Shown: piece by piece, positions 1-11,827 of the stretch
Layout of the letters: each line of letters opens with the position of its first letter
How positions within the stretch are numbered: the stretch's first letter is position 1
NCBI GenBank assembly: GCA_013265495.1
Contig: MU058252.1
Location: forward strand, 684,001 to 714,265
DNA from: Vicugna vicugna
Lineage: Eukaryota
Direction of reading: 5' to 3'
DNA: 30,265 nucleotides
Program-made: the position numbers and the translations under genes
The notes under the pieces: model-generated
Database searches by the model: none
Seen by the model: the letters and a program-made list of their open reading frames with translations, nothing else
Told to the model about the DNA's origin: nothing

Positions 1-905
1 TTACCACCCCCTCCTAAGACAAACAAAACAAAGTTATAAATTTCTGTTTGAAACACAAGAAGATGAAAAGGAATCCATGAATTAGGAGAAAGTACTTTAT
101 ATGTATGAAATGGAACTATTATTCAGAATATATTAACTGAAAAAAAAGAACCCCAAAACAAAGGTAAGAGACTTGAACACACTTCATAAAAGAAACACAA
201 ACCACCAAGAGGTGTATGAAAAGAGGCTCAGTGTCATTAGTCATTGGGAAAATTCAAATTTCCACAGCCTACCACATTAGTACAGCTCAAGTTAAAAAGA
301 ATGGCAACACCAAGTATCAGTGAGGATGGGCCTCATCTGTTGCTGGTGGAGGTGTCAGATGGTACACATGCTTGGGAAACAGCGGTAGTTTCTCAGAAAA
401 TGATGCGCTTAACATCCATGTGACCCAGTGGCCTCATTCCAAGGTGCTTACCAAAGAGAAATAACTATATGCCGACAAAGACACAACAAATGCTCAACTC
501 AACTTTATTCTTAGCAGTGAAATACTGGAAACGACACATGATGGGAGAAACAAATTACAACGAAACAGTACTTAGCATTTTAAAGAAGCTATTGATACAT
601 GTGACAACACGATGGATCTCAAAAACATTACACTTATTGAAGGAAGTCAAACAAAAAGGATATTTATCGTATGGGTCTATTTATGTGAATTTTTAGAACA
701 AGAAAAACTAATTGGTAGTAATGGAAAAGCAGACCAGTGCTTGCCTGGGAGTGGGGCAGCGTATGAGGGAACTTCTGGGGATGATAAAATTGTTTTATAT
801 TTTGATTGGAGTAATGGTTATGTGGTGAATAAATCTATCAAAACACATCTAACTTTACATTTAAAATGGATACTTCATTATGTATAAATTATACCCCAAT
901 AAAAC
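1..905 (+). mobile_element. Old L1 (L1MC/L1ME-like) ORF2 end and 3'UTR fragment
   Basis: Degenerate L1 3' motifs (tcattagtcattgggaaaattcaaatt; acacgatggatctcaaaaacatta), ending in tataccccaataaaa. Confidence 0.75.
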
Positions 906-913
906 TTGACTCC

Positions 914-1270
914 TTTTTTTATCGAAGTATAGTTGATGTAATGTAAGTTACAGGTGTACAATAGTGATTCACAATTTTTAAAGATTATACTCCATTTACA
1001 ATTAGTATAAAATATTGGCTATATCCCTGTGTTGTACAACATATCCTTGTAGCTTATTTTATCCGTAATAGTTTGTACCTCTTAATTCCCTATGTTGCCC
1101 TTCCCTCTTCCTACCAGTAACCACTGGTTTGGTCTCTGTGAGTCTGCTTCTTTTGTGTTATATTCATTAGTTTGCTGTATTTTTTAGATTCCACATATAA
1201 GTAATATCACACAGTATTTGTCTTGGAGGATATTATGCTAAGTAAAATAAGTCAGACAGTGAAAGACAAA
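914..1270 (-). mobile_element. L1 3'-end fragment (L1MA9/artiodactyl-type) with 5' inversion
   Basis: T-run then antisense L1 3'UTR at 914-1222, followed by a sense-oriented adjacent L1 piece at 1223-1270. Confidence 0.8.
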
Positions 1271-1384
1271 AAAACCCCTTGATTTTAAAAAAATATAAAA
1301 AAGGGAAGACAAGACATTTACTCTTTTTCACTAAGAAGAATAGGATGGTGATTATTAGCTTTGAGACTCAAGGCAGTTCTCCTG

Positions 1385-1480
1385 GGTCTGTTGCCTCATA
1401 TGTAAAATAGAGATTATAATAGTACCACTTTATAGGTGTTTGGGAGGATTAAATGAAAGTACATGCAGAATATCTGATAT
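1385..1480 (+). mobile_element. MIR SINE fragment
   Basis: cctcatatgtaaaatagagattataatagtacc...gaggattaaatga resembles the MIR core. Confidence 0.75.
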
Positions 1481-1706
1481 GTAATAATAATGACATTTAC
1501 TGAGGATTTATTACACAACCACATTTTCTAGATATAATTTCACTGAATTCTATTCTACATTCTAGTAATTATATCTAATATATTAACCTGAAATCTAAGA
1601 AAATTATATATAGTAACAACTACTTAAGCTAAATTCTCCAACTCACATGAAAAAATACTAATAAAAAAACACATCCACATTTCCCTAATTACAGAAAATT
1701 ACCAAC

Positions 1707-2110
1707 TGTTTCAGTTATTAACAGCTGCATACAAAATAGCTCAAAACTTAAGGGCTGAAATCAACAACCATTTCATTTGTTCTTGTTTCTACAATCACCG
1801 CTGGGCTTGGCTGGCTCCGCTGCTGGTCTTAAAGTCACCTTTCGCTACCTTATTAGCTGGTGGCGGGGAGGGCGGAAAGTGGTAACTCAGCCAGGAGGGC
1901 CGGACCCTCTCCCTTCCCGTGCGTCTTCTCCTAAGGTCTCTCTCCCATGTGACTCAAAGCTCCAGAGAATACAAAAGCAGAAGCTGCCGACTTCTGAAGG
2001 CTTGAAGCCTGGCACCCGCCCATCATCATCTCTGCAGTATCCTGCTGGTCAAAAGAGTGCTGCAGGGCCGGGACACGACTAAGTACCACAAAGGTGTTTC
2101 TCTAGGAGTC
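1707..2110 (-). mobile_element. ERVL-MaLR LTR (MLT1F/G/H-like)
   Basis: tcagtta...gctgcatacaaaatagctcaaaacttaagggctgaaatcaacaaccattt is typical of an antisense MLT1 end. Confidence 0.6.
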
Positions 2111-2599
2111 ACGGACAGAAGGCCATGGATAAAATGGCCCAGGTTTGCAAACAGCAGAGAAAGACTGTGGAATCACCTGGGGTTGTAAATGGACCGCAAC
2201 CTGAACCTATCATCATTGCTGAAAGGGCTAGAATAACAAGGAGCTATATGCAAGTTTCTTTAACAATGTGTTCCGTATACAGTACACAATTTCAATTACA
2301 TGCTGGCTAAAGGACCGCACCCATTTTAGTAAAAAATGTGTAGTTCTGTCAATAGTAGCACTGGTTACTGCTGCTTTTCTGAAGGGCCAAGGTGAGATGT
2401 ATATGTATCAGTCACCAAGGAAGCTTTTTGAAAAAATACTTATCTCACCATTCTAATTTTAAAAAGGGTGCATGAGGACTTCCTGTGTGTTCTGCAGAAG
2501 TGCTCCCTGTGATTCTAATATGCATACCCACCCCTACTCTCCCATCACAGAGTCAGATGAGGGCATGTGATGCAGATAATCCAAATTTTAATTGTTCAC

Positions 2600-2770
2600 C
2601 AGCACCTACAAGTGAGACACTGTTTTAAGAGTTTACAAAACATTTTCACATGAATTATCTCATTTGTTCCTATGAGTTAAGTAGGGTTGACATCATCTTA
2701 GTCTCTTATACCAATTTTCAAAAAATAGACACTAGGAGAGAAAAAAAATTAAGGTACAATGATTATATGA
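2600..2770 (-). mobile_element. MIR SINE fragment
   Basis: gacactgttttaag...ttcacatgaattatctcatttgttcct resembles antisense MIR. Confidence 0.5.
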
Positions 2771-3559
2771 CAAAGATAACAAGACAGAATAACAAAGTAA
2801 AACTAGTTCATAAAATTATTGCTCATCCAAATAGTTATTGGGTTCTTACCACTGCCAAGCACTGTGCTACCAGACACACTCCACGGAGGAAAATAATAGA
2901 AATAAGTTTGTACTATAACATGGAGATGTAAGTTACATAAAGAATTTTATTAACTGTCAGGGCTATTAAAATCAAAGGAAAAAAAAAAGTGCTGCCAAGA
3001 AAGGCCATGGCACTGCTTCCCTAAAGATGTAAAAAATAGGATATTCATCTCTGTCGGATGACTTACAGATAAAGTCAAGTTGGAAGGCAGGTGGAGAGAC
3101 CCGATAAACTGCAGTCAATCAAACAGTCTGGCAACAATAAAGAATGAATTTTGTTGGATTTGCATCCAAAACTGGGGAGAAGGCTGGGGGGTCAGAGTGG
3201 GAAAGAGCTAGAGAAAAGCAACAAGAGATAAATTCCTAAATTATACCACACTCTTCAACATATTTAAGAGCAATTAACTTAAAGATTGATCAAAATTAGT
3301 AACAACAAAAAAAATTAGGAAAATAAAATGAGACATAAAATAAAGCATAGTCATCAATAGGAAGAATGATTATTAATAAAACTATTTTGTCAAAAGTTCT
3401 CTAAAAATCTGCAGTGACCCCATCTACTAACACCAATTCATTCCCCAACTCTACCTGTGCTACCTCATGGAGTTTAAGGGCACCCCACATGAGTAAATGC
3501 GTTAAAAACACCAACCAATTATTAGCAGTAGTAGTAATAACTGTTTACTGTGGCTCCCT

Positions 3560-3690
3560 CACTAAATTGAAGCTCCTTGGGGGCAGAGATCGGGCCTGCC
3601 CTAGCCTTGGTGACTAAGTACACAGTGCCTGGTACACAGTAGGGACTCAGTTTATTCAAACATTTAATGAACACCTATTTGAATAGCATG
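3560..3690. mobile_element. L2 3'-end fragments (sense then antisense)
   Basis: gaagctccttgggggcagagat...cacagtgcctggtacacagtagggactca, then ttattcaaacatttaatgaacacctat. Confidence 0.65.
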
Positions 3691-5848
3691 TGATACACTT
3701 AACCCACACACGGTCCCCTTCAACCAGTCATTTTTAGCAATTCAATTCTTTGGGGGACTGAAATCCTCTGGAGAGCTGATAAAAGCCCTGGACTCTTTCC
3801 CCAGAAATCAGGCACAGTCTCAGGCAAAGCTGAGGAACTCCAAGTTAAGCACCACTCCTGGGAGTGGGCGTCTGAACACGTGACACCAGAACTGGAGAGA
3901 ATGCTCTAGCTGGGGTTCAGAGTCCAGCTGAGCTGATTTCCAATGAGAACCCGGTCAACTAGAATGCTCAGAAAGTTAAGCCAGGTCTCTTAGCCTGTAC
4001 ACCCACAGGCGATTTCTCCTGAAACATAAGCAGGAGGCTTTACATTTTGTGGTTGGAGGTTCTGTGGTCCTCCCTCCCTCTGGGAGCCACCTCAGTGATG
4101 TTCTGCTCTAAACTCCTGCGGAGTTCTCCCTGTGTGTCAGGCACTCCCGCCCCCTGCTGTACCCAAGGCCATACATGTCAGGCCAGAAATTCACCATCTC
4201 CACATCTACTTTCTTCCTAGTAGACGGGACTGGGAACCCCATCCCGTTTCCTCCCTTCCACTCCCGCCGTAAAGTGTCATTTTTTTTTAGCATGGTGTGT
4301 CCAGCTTGCTAAGGTCACTTTGAACCCTCCTCCATCCTGACACCATAGCTGAATTTTACCAATTATGTTTTTCATTCAGTCACTCATTACAGATCATGAA
4401 CATGACTGAAGAGAACCTATATTTCTAAAAATTCTCTTTAAAATAAATTCCAAATGTGATTCAGTTGTGAAAACTGACCAGGTGCATTTATGCGTAAGAC
4501 ACAGAAATGTTAGAAAAGCATTTTCATTTCCTAAAACTATATTAACTGTAGAAGCCAGTATTTTCATCTCCATTTTCACAAATTATTCACCACGCCATCG
4601 TGGAGCTAACATTCAACTTTTAATCTTGCCAATAGCAGGATCATAACATAGCTTGTTAAAATACCAATTTCTGTTTCAAAAGCCCCGGAGGAGCCTTTCT
4701 GCAGTAAGCACAACAAAAAGAGAAATGGAGGAGAAGCAGCAGGGAGGTAAGGGGGAACTCAATTATATTACCGCCAGGAACCAACCAAAGAACCAAGGAC
4801 ACGTAAGAGTTAATTTTATTAGGACCCTTAAAGCACCCTGCTTTCACTTGCCCGAGAGTGCAATACAAGGTTTCTAAACTAATACCAATTTAGACTTAAA
4901 ATTCTGATACCCTACATGGAACTCTCCTTTATGAGATGCCCAATATATATTTAAGAGTATCAAAACACTAAAACAGTATCCTAGGACCTCTGTGTTTGAG
5001 GTATTAAATTATATTTCTAAATTAATCAAGCAATTCATGTTAAAGGTACCCAGCAATTTGCACTGAAAGTTATCAGTTTAAGAAACACTGTGAGTATTCC
5101 TTCTACTGTTAAGACTTAATTTGGTACTTTGAAATAAATGAGAACTAAGAATAAAGGTACTTTCGAGTGTGAGCACTTGAGATTTCATGAGGCTTTAACT
5201 CGCAGAACCATGTCCAAGTTCAGTTCTGATTTATTCAAATAAATAAGTACAATCCACTCATGGACAATATTAAAGTTGTTAACTCCCTTTTCCAGATGCT
5301 AAGCTAAGGAAAGCGTTGTACCTTTCTGACTTCATAAACACAGGTAGAGAGAGCTGTTTCTTGTTTTGTGATAAAGTTGCTGATACTGTATTTGAAAACC
5401 ATGTTATTAGTGTATAGGTCCTGATGTGCTGCTGCCACCCTTGGCAATTTTTATTTCTCTGGGAGCTTCACTATTACCAGGTCAAAAGATAACAACTCCA
5501 AACTGCGCAACAGTCAGAGGCCAAGTCAAATAGCATTTAGACATCCTAGCTCTCCCCGGGTTTCAGTCCCTCACTGCTTAACTACTCTGCGCCTCAAGTT
5601 TCTGCGAGGCCCACAGTCCAGCTCCCGACTGCCTTCCAGACTTCACTCCCGACTCCCACCTCGTGATGCCAAGCCACCCCCAGTTCCTTCCATACTCAAG
5701 CACCCGGAGTTCTTTCCTGCCTCACCATCCTTGTCTCATCCCAGGCTGCAGGGCCTCTCCCGGGAGGCTTCTCTAAGACTGCGGTCAGCACAGCCCCATG
5801 AACAGGGGTGAGCAGCATTCTAGCAAGATCCTGCACCCGGCAGCAGCT

Positions 5849-7050
5849 CAATGGTCCTCCAAGTGCAGTCCGCGCAACTCTGGAGGTCCACTGGGACTTT
5901 TTCAAGGGGCTTGTAAGTCAAAACTATTTCCATTACATGAAATATTATTTGCCTTTTGTACTATGATCATATGTGCACCAATGATGCAAAAGCAATGGCG
6001 GGGAAAGCTGCTGGCTTGGTGTCCCTTAGCACGAACAAGACAGTGGCCACAAACTGTTGTGGACAGTCACCACAGTCCTCACTACCATGCACTCAGGACA
6101 GAAAAGAAAAAAAAAGAAAACCCATTTTCACTTAACAGTGTCCTTGAGGAAGCAGTCAAAATAGCTCATTTTATTAAATCTTGACCTTTAAGTACATGTC
6201 TTTTTAATAGTCTGCAGGACAAAAGGGACGTGTGCACAAAGCGTGGCTGCTCCGTGCTGAAGTGTGACGTCGCCTGGGAGGAGAGCCGGGTGCAGGGGTC
6301 TGGTAAGTGGTCTGAAGCAGCCACTTTTATCATGGAACACCATTTTTACTTGTAAGAATGACCAACAAACTATCACTGTTTCAAATGTGGGCATTTGTCA
6401 GACATTCTCTTGGAAATGAAAGCAATGAGACCATCATGTCAAGTAAAACTGGTAGCGTTTTGTCAACGAACAAATTCGAACTCTCGACAAAAATTAGAAT
6501 TTGGCAAAACTTGCATCACTCATGGTGAACTTAATTAACAGCTTCCCAGTATTTAGCTTCTTCTGGGATTGGTGGCGATAATAAAAAAAAAGTCATTTAA
6601 GGAAATATCTGTATATTGAAATGTGTCAAAATGGGGAAGAATCTGCCTAACAGTGAACCAGTATTTTCCAAATGACTAATGTATGATGTTCCCAAATCAG
6701 GCATGGGTAGAAGATCCATTTAAAGTGCAAAGCAAATTAACAGAGTTCAATGTAACAGAGTAGAAAAACTCATCGATATGATTTTAGATGCTGCAAACTA
6801 AACTCTAATAAGACACTACCACTTACGGAGCCTTGGTCAATAGCAAAAAAAAAAAAAAAAAAATCCACAATTACCTGAAACAGCAGTATTAAAATACTCC
6901 TCCCTTTCCCAACTACATAGCTATGCAGGCTGGATTTCCCTCACATACTTTATTAAAATAACGTATTGCAATGGGATGAATTGAGAAGCACATTGGAGGA
7001 TTCAGCTGTTTTTTAAACCAGGCATGGAAGATACCTGAAAAACTGTAAAA
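5849..7050 (+). mobile_element. hAT-Charlie DNA transposon (Charlie1-like), truncated or interrupted by L1
   Basis: Starts with degenerate TIR caatggtcctccaagtg. Internal gtcaaaactatt, gatgcaaaagcaatgg and gaagcagtcaaaatagctcattttattaaatc resemble Charlie1 transposase remnants. Confidence 0.72.
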
Positions 7051-7055
7051 CACTG

Positions 7056-8225
7056 TATCAAAATCCCAGTTGCTTTCTTTGCAGAAATTAAAAAGCCAGT
7101 CCTAAAATTCATATGGAAATGCAAGGGACTCAAAACAGCCAAACAATCTTGCAAAAGAAGAAAGCTAGAGGGCTCACATTTCCCTATTTTGAAACTTACC
7201 ATAAAACTACAGTAATCAAGATAGTGTGATACTGGCATAGGGACTGACATACAGATCAAAGGAAGACAGTCCAGAAATAAACCCTTACATTTACGGTCAC
7301 TTGATTTTTGAGAAGGATGTCAAGACAATCCAATGAGGAAAGAAGTCTTTTGAGAAAAGGTGCTAGGACAATTTGATATCCACATGCAAAAGAATGAAGT
7401 TGTATCCGTATCTCCCACCATGTACAAAATTTAACTCTGAAAAGATCATACACCTAGACATAAGAAATAAAAGTATAAAACATTTAGAAGAAAATATAAT
7501 GTAGATCTACATGGTCCTGGATTAGGCTGTGATTTCTTAGATATGACACCAAAGTACAAGTGACAAAAGAAAAAAACAAATTGGACTTTGTCAAAATTTG
7601 AAACTTTTTGCTTCAAAGGCCACCATCAAGAAAGTGAAAAGACAATCCACAGAATGGAAACTATTTGCAGTTCATATATGATACCATCTCACACCCATAA
7701 GGATGGCTAGTATGAAACAAACAGATGATAACAAGTGTTGGTGAGGATGTGGAGAAACTGAAAGCAGTTTCAATTGTTGGTTGGAATGTAAAATGGTCGG
7801 AAAACATGTTAAACATAAAGTTACCACATAACCCAGCAGTGACTCTCCTAGGAGTCTATCCAAAAGTAAAAACATGTCTACACAGAACATATGAAATAGG
7901 AATGCTCATAACAGTATTATTCATAACAGCCTGCATGTCTATCAGTTGACAAATGCATAAATAAAATGCGGTATATCCAAATTATTTGGCAACCAAAAGG
8001 AACAAATTACTGATACATGCTACAGCATGGATGAACCTAAAAAATATCTGTTAAATGAAAATGCTAGTGACAAAAGCTCATGTATATGTGATTCCATTTA
8101 TATTTAGTGTCCAGAAGAGGTAAATTCACAGAAATAGAAAGTAGATTATTGGATGTTGGGGGCTGAGGTGAGGACAGGAAGTAAGTGACTGCTCATGAGT
8201 ACAGTTTCTTTTTGGGGGGATGAAG
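7056..8225 (+). mobile_element. L1 (L1MB-like) ORF2 3' part and 3'UTR
   Basis: atcaaaatcccag...cctaaaattcatatggaaatgcaagggac; tagatatgacaccaaag; ends tacagtttctttttggggggatgaa. Confidence 0.85.
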
Positions 8226-8273
8226 GTCAGGATGAATCATTGTAACCCACATGGACATCAAAATAATATTTAG

Positions 8274-8541
8274 TATAACAAAAAAGCAGCAGACTCACAG
8301 ATTCAGAGAACAAACTAGTGGTTACCAGTGGGAGAGGCAATACAGGAGTAAGGAAGGAAGAGGTACAAACTATTATGTATAAATAAGCTACAAGGATATA
8401 CCCTACAACACCAGGAATATAGCCAGTATTTTATAATAACTACAAATGGAGTGTAACCTTTAAAAATTGTGAATCACTATATTGCACACCTGTAACTTAT
8501 ATAATACTGTTCATCAACTACACTTCAAAAAAAAGTCTAAA
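8274..8541 (+). mobile_element. 5'-truncated L1 3' end with target-site duplication
   Basis: L1 3'UTR (gagaacaaactagtggttaccagtggg) with A-tail. TSD aaaataatatttag (8260-8273) / aaaataacattcag (8542-8555), 12 of 14 identical. Confidence 0.85.
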
Positions 8542-11500
8542 AAAATAACATTCAGCACTGGAAAGGCATAGTCACAAATGTAAGCTCTAATCATTCTCTT
8601 GCACAGAACAGTGAATGACACAGAAAAAAGTTAATTTCAAGCTTCAACACAAGGTAGCCACTACAGGACTGTGCCCACCCAAAAGCACACAACTTCAAAA
8701 TGTTATTAAGCACCTGAACATACAATTTCACATACTAATATATTTTCTACATGGCAAAGCAGGTTTTACCTTAACATCTTTCAATGAAATGTGTCAGAAA
8801 AAGATAGGATAATTTAAAAACAGTCAATCAGAATACGACTGGATTATATTCTATTGGGAACAAATGTAATGACATCTTCCCCTATGAAGTATCCAAATCA
8901 AGGGATGCATATTCTTTACAACCTAAAACATTTTGACAAGGTAGGTAATATAATTTGAGTCACTTTTGCTGAACTGCCTTTTACCAAACCACAGAATTGT
9001 TTCATTTTCTCTCTTCAGATCTTTTACATTCCTGTGATCCCATCTCTCTGTTAACCTCTGAGGCTTATACATGACAATCTTCTGATTATGGCCTAATGGT
9101 AAATTAGATTATCAAAGTTTTCTGTAGAACGTTCCAGTGAAAAATGTACCAGATTTTATTTGAAAATAGTTACCTGACACTGTAACTTTAACTTGATTAG
9201 GTTTAGTTACCTCCTATCATGGGACTACTCGTTTGTATTAGGAACAATGGATGTAAGGGAGCTGGCACATTTGGCCACCAATGAAACAATACAAAGCACT
9301 CCCTGAAAGCCAGCCTGCAGTTATAGGTGACGTGTCCTTAAAAGCTTAACATTGTAAATAACAGGAAAAGCACGTCAGAAAAAAAAAAAAAGAGTTGTAT
9401 AAATTACCTGAGAATTATATTTTCTTCACTGGTATTTTTACCAGTGTTTTTTAAAAACACAAAATGTGAAAGCCAAGTAGTAAAAGGATCATTATACTTA
9501 GTTTTAACTGAAGGCAAACTTTTAAAATAAAGTTTATGCCATGATAAAGTCACAATGACAAGTATTCTACAAGTAAACCTGGCATAAGACATTTATTCAA
9601 GAGAACATTCTAAGAAAGGTGTGGTTTCTAGCTTAGCTTTTTCCACTGCTCTTTACCCCAAGTCAATGACACAACCACCCAGCATCACAAAATAACACAA
9701 CCTAGAAACACATATACTCCAGTCTCCCTAGTACAGCACCATCTGCAAGCAAACATGTCAGTAAACTCAGAAGTCTGAACACTGACTAATTCTCTGAAAA
9801 GTGGCTAGTACATGGAATTAGGGAATTACTTCCTTTTTTGATGTCAGCAAAACAAAAGACCCCGCAAACTACAAAATGTCCTGGTTCGTAACAAAGGTAA
9901 ACAACTGTAAAATCAAATGCAAAGATTGTGAGTAAATACAGTTCACTTTAATCACCACCTTGTATTAAAATAAACATGTAGGAAATGGAGTAGGTATAGT
10001 AATATTACACATTGAAGGCACAGAAAATAGGGACTGAACTTACTCTGTAGCCCACTAGAGGCTAATTTAGTACAGCACTTTAACAGCAGTTTAAAATAAA
10101 TGTGAAGAGAAGGCAAAGGGGTGACATGCCACATCTGGGTCTTTAGGAGCATGAAGATTAGAAGGAAGATAAAACAGAATGGGTTTGTTTGGACATTAGG
10201 AACTTCCTTAGCAAAACAATGCTAAAATGCTAGACCTGCTTACTGAAGACTAGAATCACCATCTCAAGAACTTTAAAGGGGTAAGTAAGTCAGGATCTTT
10301 GGAACATTCTCTTCAGTTGAAATCAGGTAGCCCAGTACCTGTCACCTGTAACTTGATTATTCAGAGACTGCTACCTTTAATTAGTGGGCACGTGTATCTG
10401 AGCAGGTAGAACTCACTCAAGTGCCAGGATACAGCATGGTCCCACTCTTCAAAATGCAGAGGAAGAAATAAAGAGAACAGAAAAGCAGGGGCTGGGTGAT
10501 TCAGAATGCCAATAAACGTTGGATGCCGGGTTCCATATGGGCATCTGGGACTGTTAGAGACTTTCAAACCCTCAATTTGATGCACGGTTCCTTTACAGCT
10601 GCAGCTGCTAAGGCTGTCACCTATTCCTCCCCCACAGGATTTGGCGCTGCATCATACAAGAGTTACCCCTATGACTCTCGGCACCCCTGTCTCTACACGA
10701 GCGTCTCTCAGCCTCTGATTTTGCTTCCCCCCTCACCCCCAGCGCTTTGACGGAGAGAGATGATAAAAGGATGAGTAAGCACGCTGTAGCAGGTCTTGAT
10801 CAAAGAGCACAGACCCTGGCACCGGCGGTGGAAAATGGGGGTGAGGAAGCAGAACAGAAAGCAAAGTCGGGGAGTCATCCAATGAGCAGCAGGCAGTTAT
10901 AAGCCTTCCTATGGCAGCCAGTGTTACCTCCTCCTGCAATCACCATAGACTCCAAACCCTGGCTTTCACCCCCTTCACCCCGCTGTGGTCAAGCGCACAT
11001 TTTCTTTAGACAGCCACTTCTTAAGAACAAAACGAAAAGATAATCGTAATTCCTCCGGGGTTCCGGCTGTCAAAGACAATAAAGCCTCACCCTGAAGCAT
11101 GGTTAAGTTCAACGGGTTCTGTTTCCTCACTCGTTTTCCGACACCCTCTCCACCCCCACCCCACCGAAGACCACCCCAGTTGGGCAAAAACGCGACTGCC
11201 AGGGGGAGTTTCAAATACATGTCAGCCTTTTTTTTTTTTTTTTCGGGGGGGGGGGGGAAAACTTTTGAATTATTTCAATAGCCTGGTTACAAGTCCCTGA
11301 CCTTATTTTTTCACATAGAAAAATAGGACACTGAGAGATCAGGAATTTCTTTCTCTCCGCCTTCCTACTTCGGCCGCTGGCAACATCTAGGGGGCTTCCG
11401 AAGAGGGTTTTGGGGGGGGTTCTTATTCTAGGTAGCCAAGCGTCCTTTGGGTCCCTGGCTTTCTTTAAAATGTTGAACTTCACACACAGAAAAAACCCAA

Positions 11501-11783
11501 GGTGCTACTTCCTTTGTTAAAATCCCATGGACTTTAATTTGGGGCGGAAAGGCTAGCAACGATGAGGGCAGCTAGCAGCGGAGACAGAGAGACAGGTGCG
11601 ACTTCTGCCTTGGGGGTGCCCGGCGGCAGTGTGGCAGAGCAGCAGACCCCGCGCCGTCTGCCCGGCCCCGGACCCACCTGGCGCTCCCCGTCCGCCCGCG
11701 GCCTCCCCGACACGTCCTCCCCGCGCCCGGGGCGCCCGCCGCCGCCGCCCCGCGGGCCCGGCCTCGCCGCCGCCGCCGCCGCA

Positions 11784-11793
11784 ACTGCGGCAT
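11784..11793 (-). CDS. RHEB: RHEB (Ras homolog, mTORC1 activator) coding start in exon 1; only M-P-Q plus 1 nt present, the rest of exon 1 is missing
   Basis: Minus strand reads GTTGATGTGGTTGGCCCAGGGCTGAGGAGGCCGCCAAG-ATG CCG CAG T. This matches the recalled RHEB 5'UTR and start (MPQSKSRKIAILGYRSVG) and has a good Kozak context (GCCGCCAAGATG). Synteny with the PRKAG2 3' end supports it. Confidence 0.88.
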
Positions 11794-11806
11794 CTTGGCG
11801 GCCTCC

Positions 11807-11827
11807 TCAGCCCTGGGCCAACCACAT
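11807..11827 (-). other. uORF of 6 aa (MWLAQG*) ending 13 nt before the RHEB ATG
   Basis: ATG TGG TTG GCC CAG GGC TGA read directly on the minus strand. Confidence 0.6.

Larger units (their letters stand above)
1..11783 (-). other. RHEB: RHEB intron 1 (partial; exon 2 lies beyond the window start)
   Basis: Lies downstream of exon 1 and is repeat-rich. I found no RHEB exon 2 sequence (GKSSLTIQFVEGQFVDSYDPTIEN) here; RHEB intron 1 is known to be long. Confidence 0.75.

Noticed and set aside
5798..6184. 128-aa ORF
   Set aside because: Lies mostly in a decayed Charlie transposon and is not an intact transposase.
11228..11257. T-run followed by a G13 homopolymer
   Set aside because: Simple homopolymers whose lengths are error-prone; no supportable function.
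11671..11680. Cryptic donor CAG|GTGGGT that might rescue RHEB exon 1
   Set aside because: It would give 116 coding nt (phase 2), whereas RHEB exon 2 needs phase 1. The product would be frameshifted and would still lack the P-loop start.
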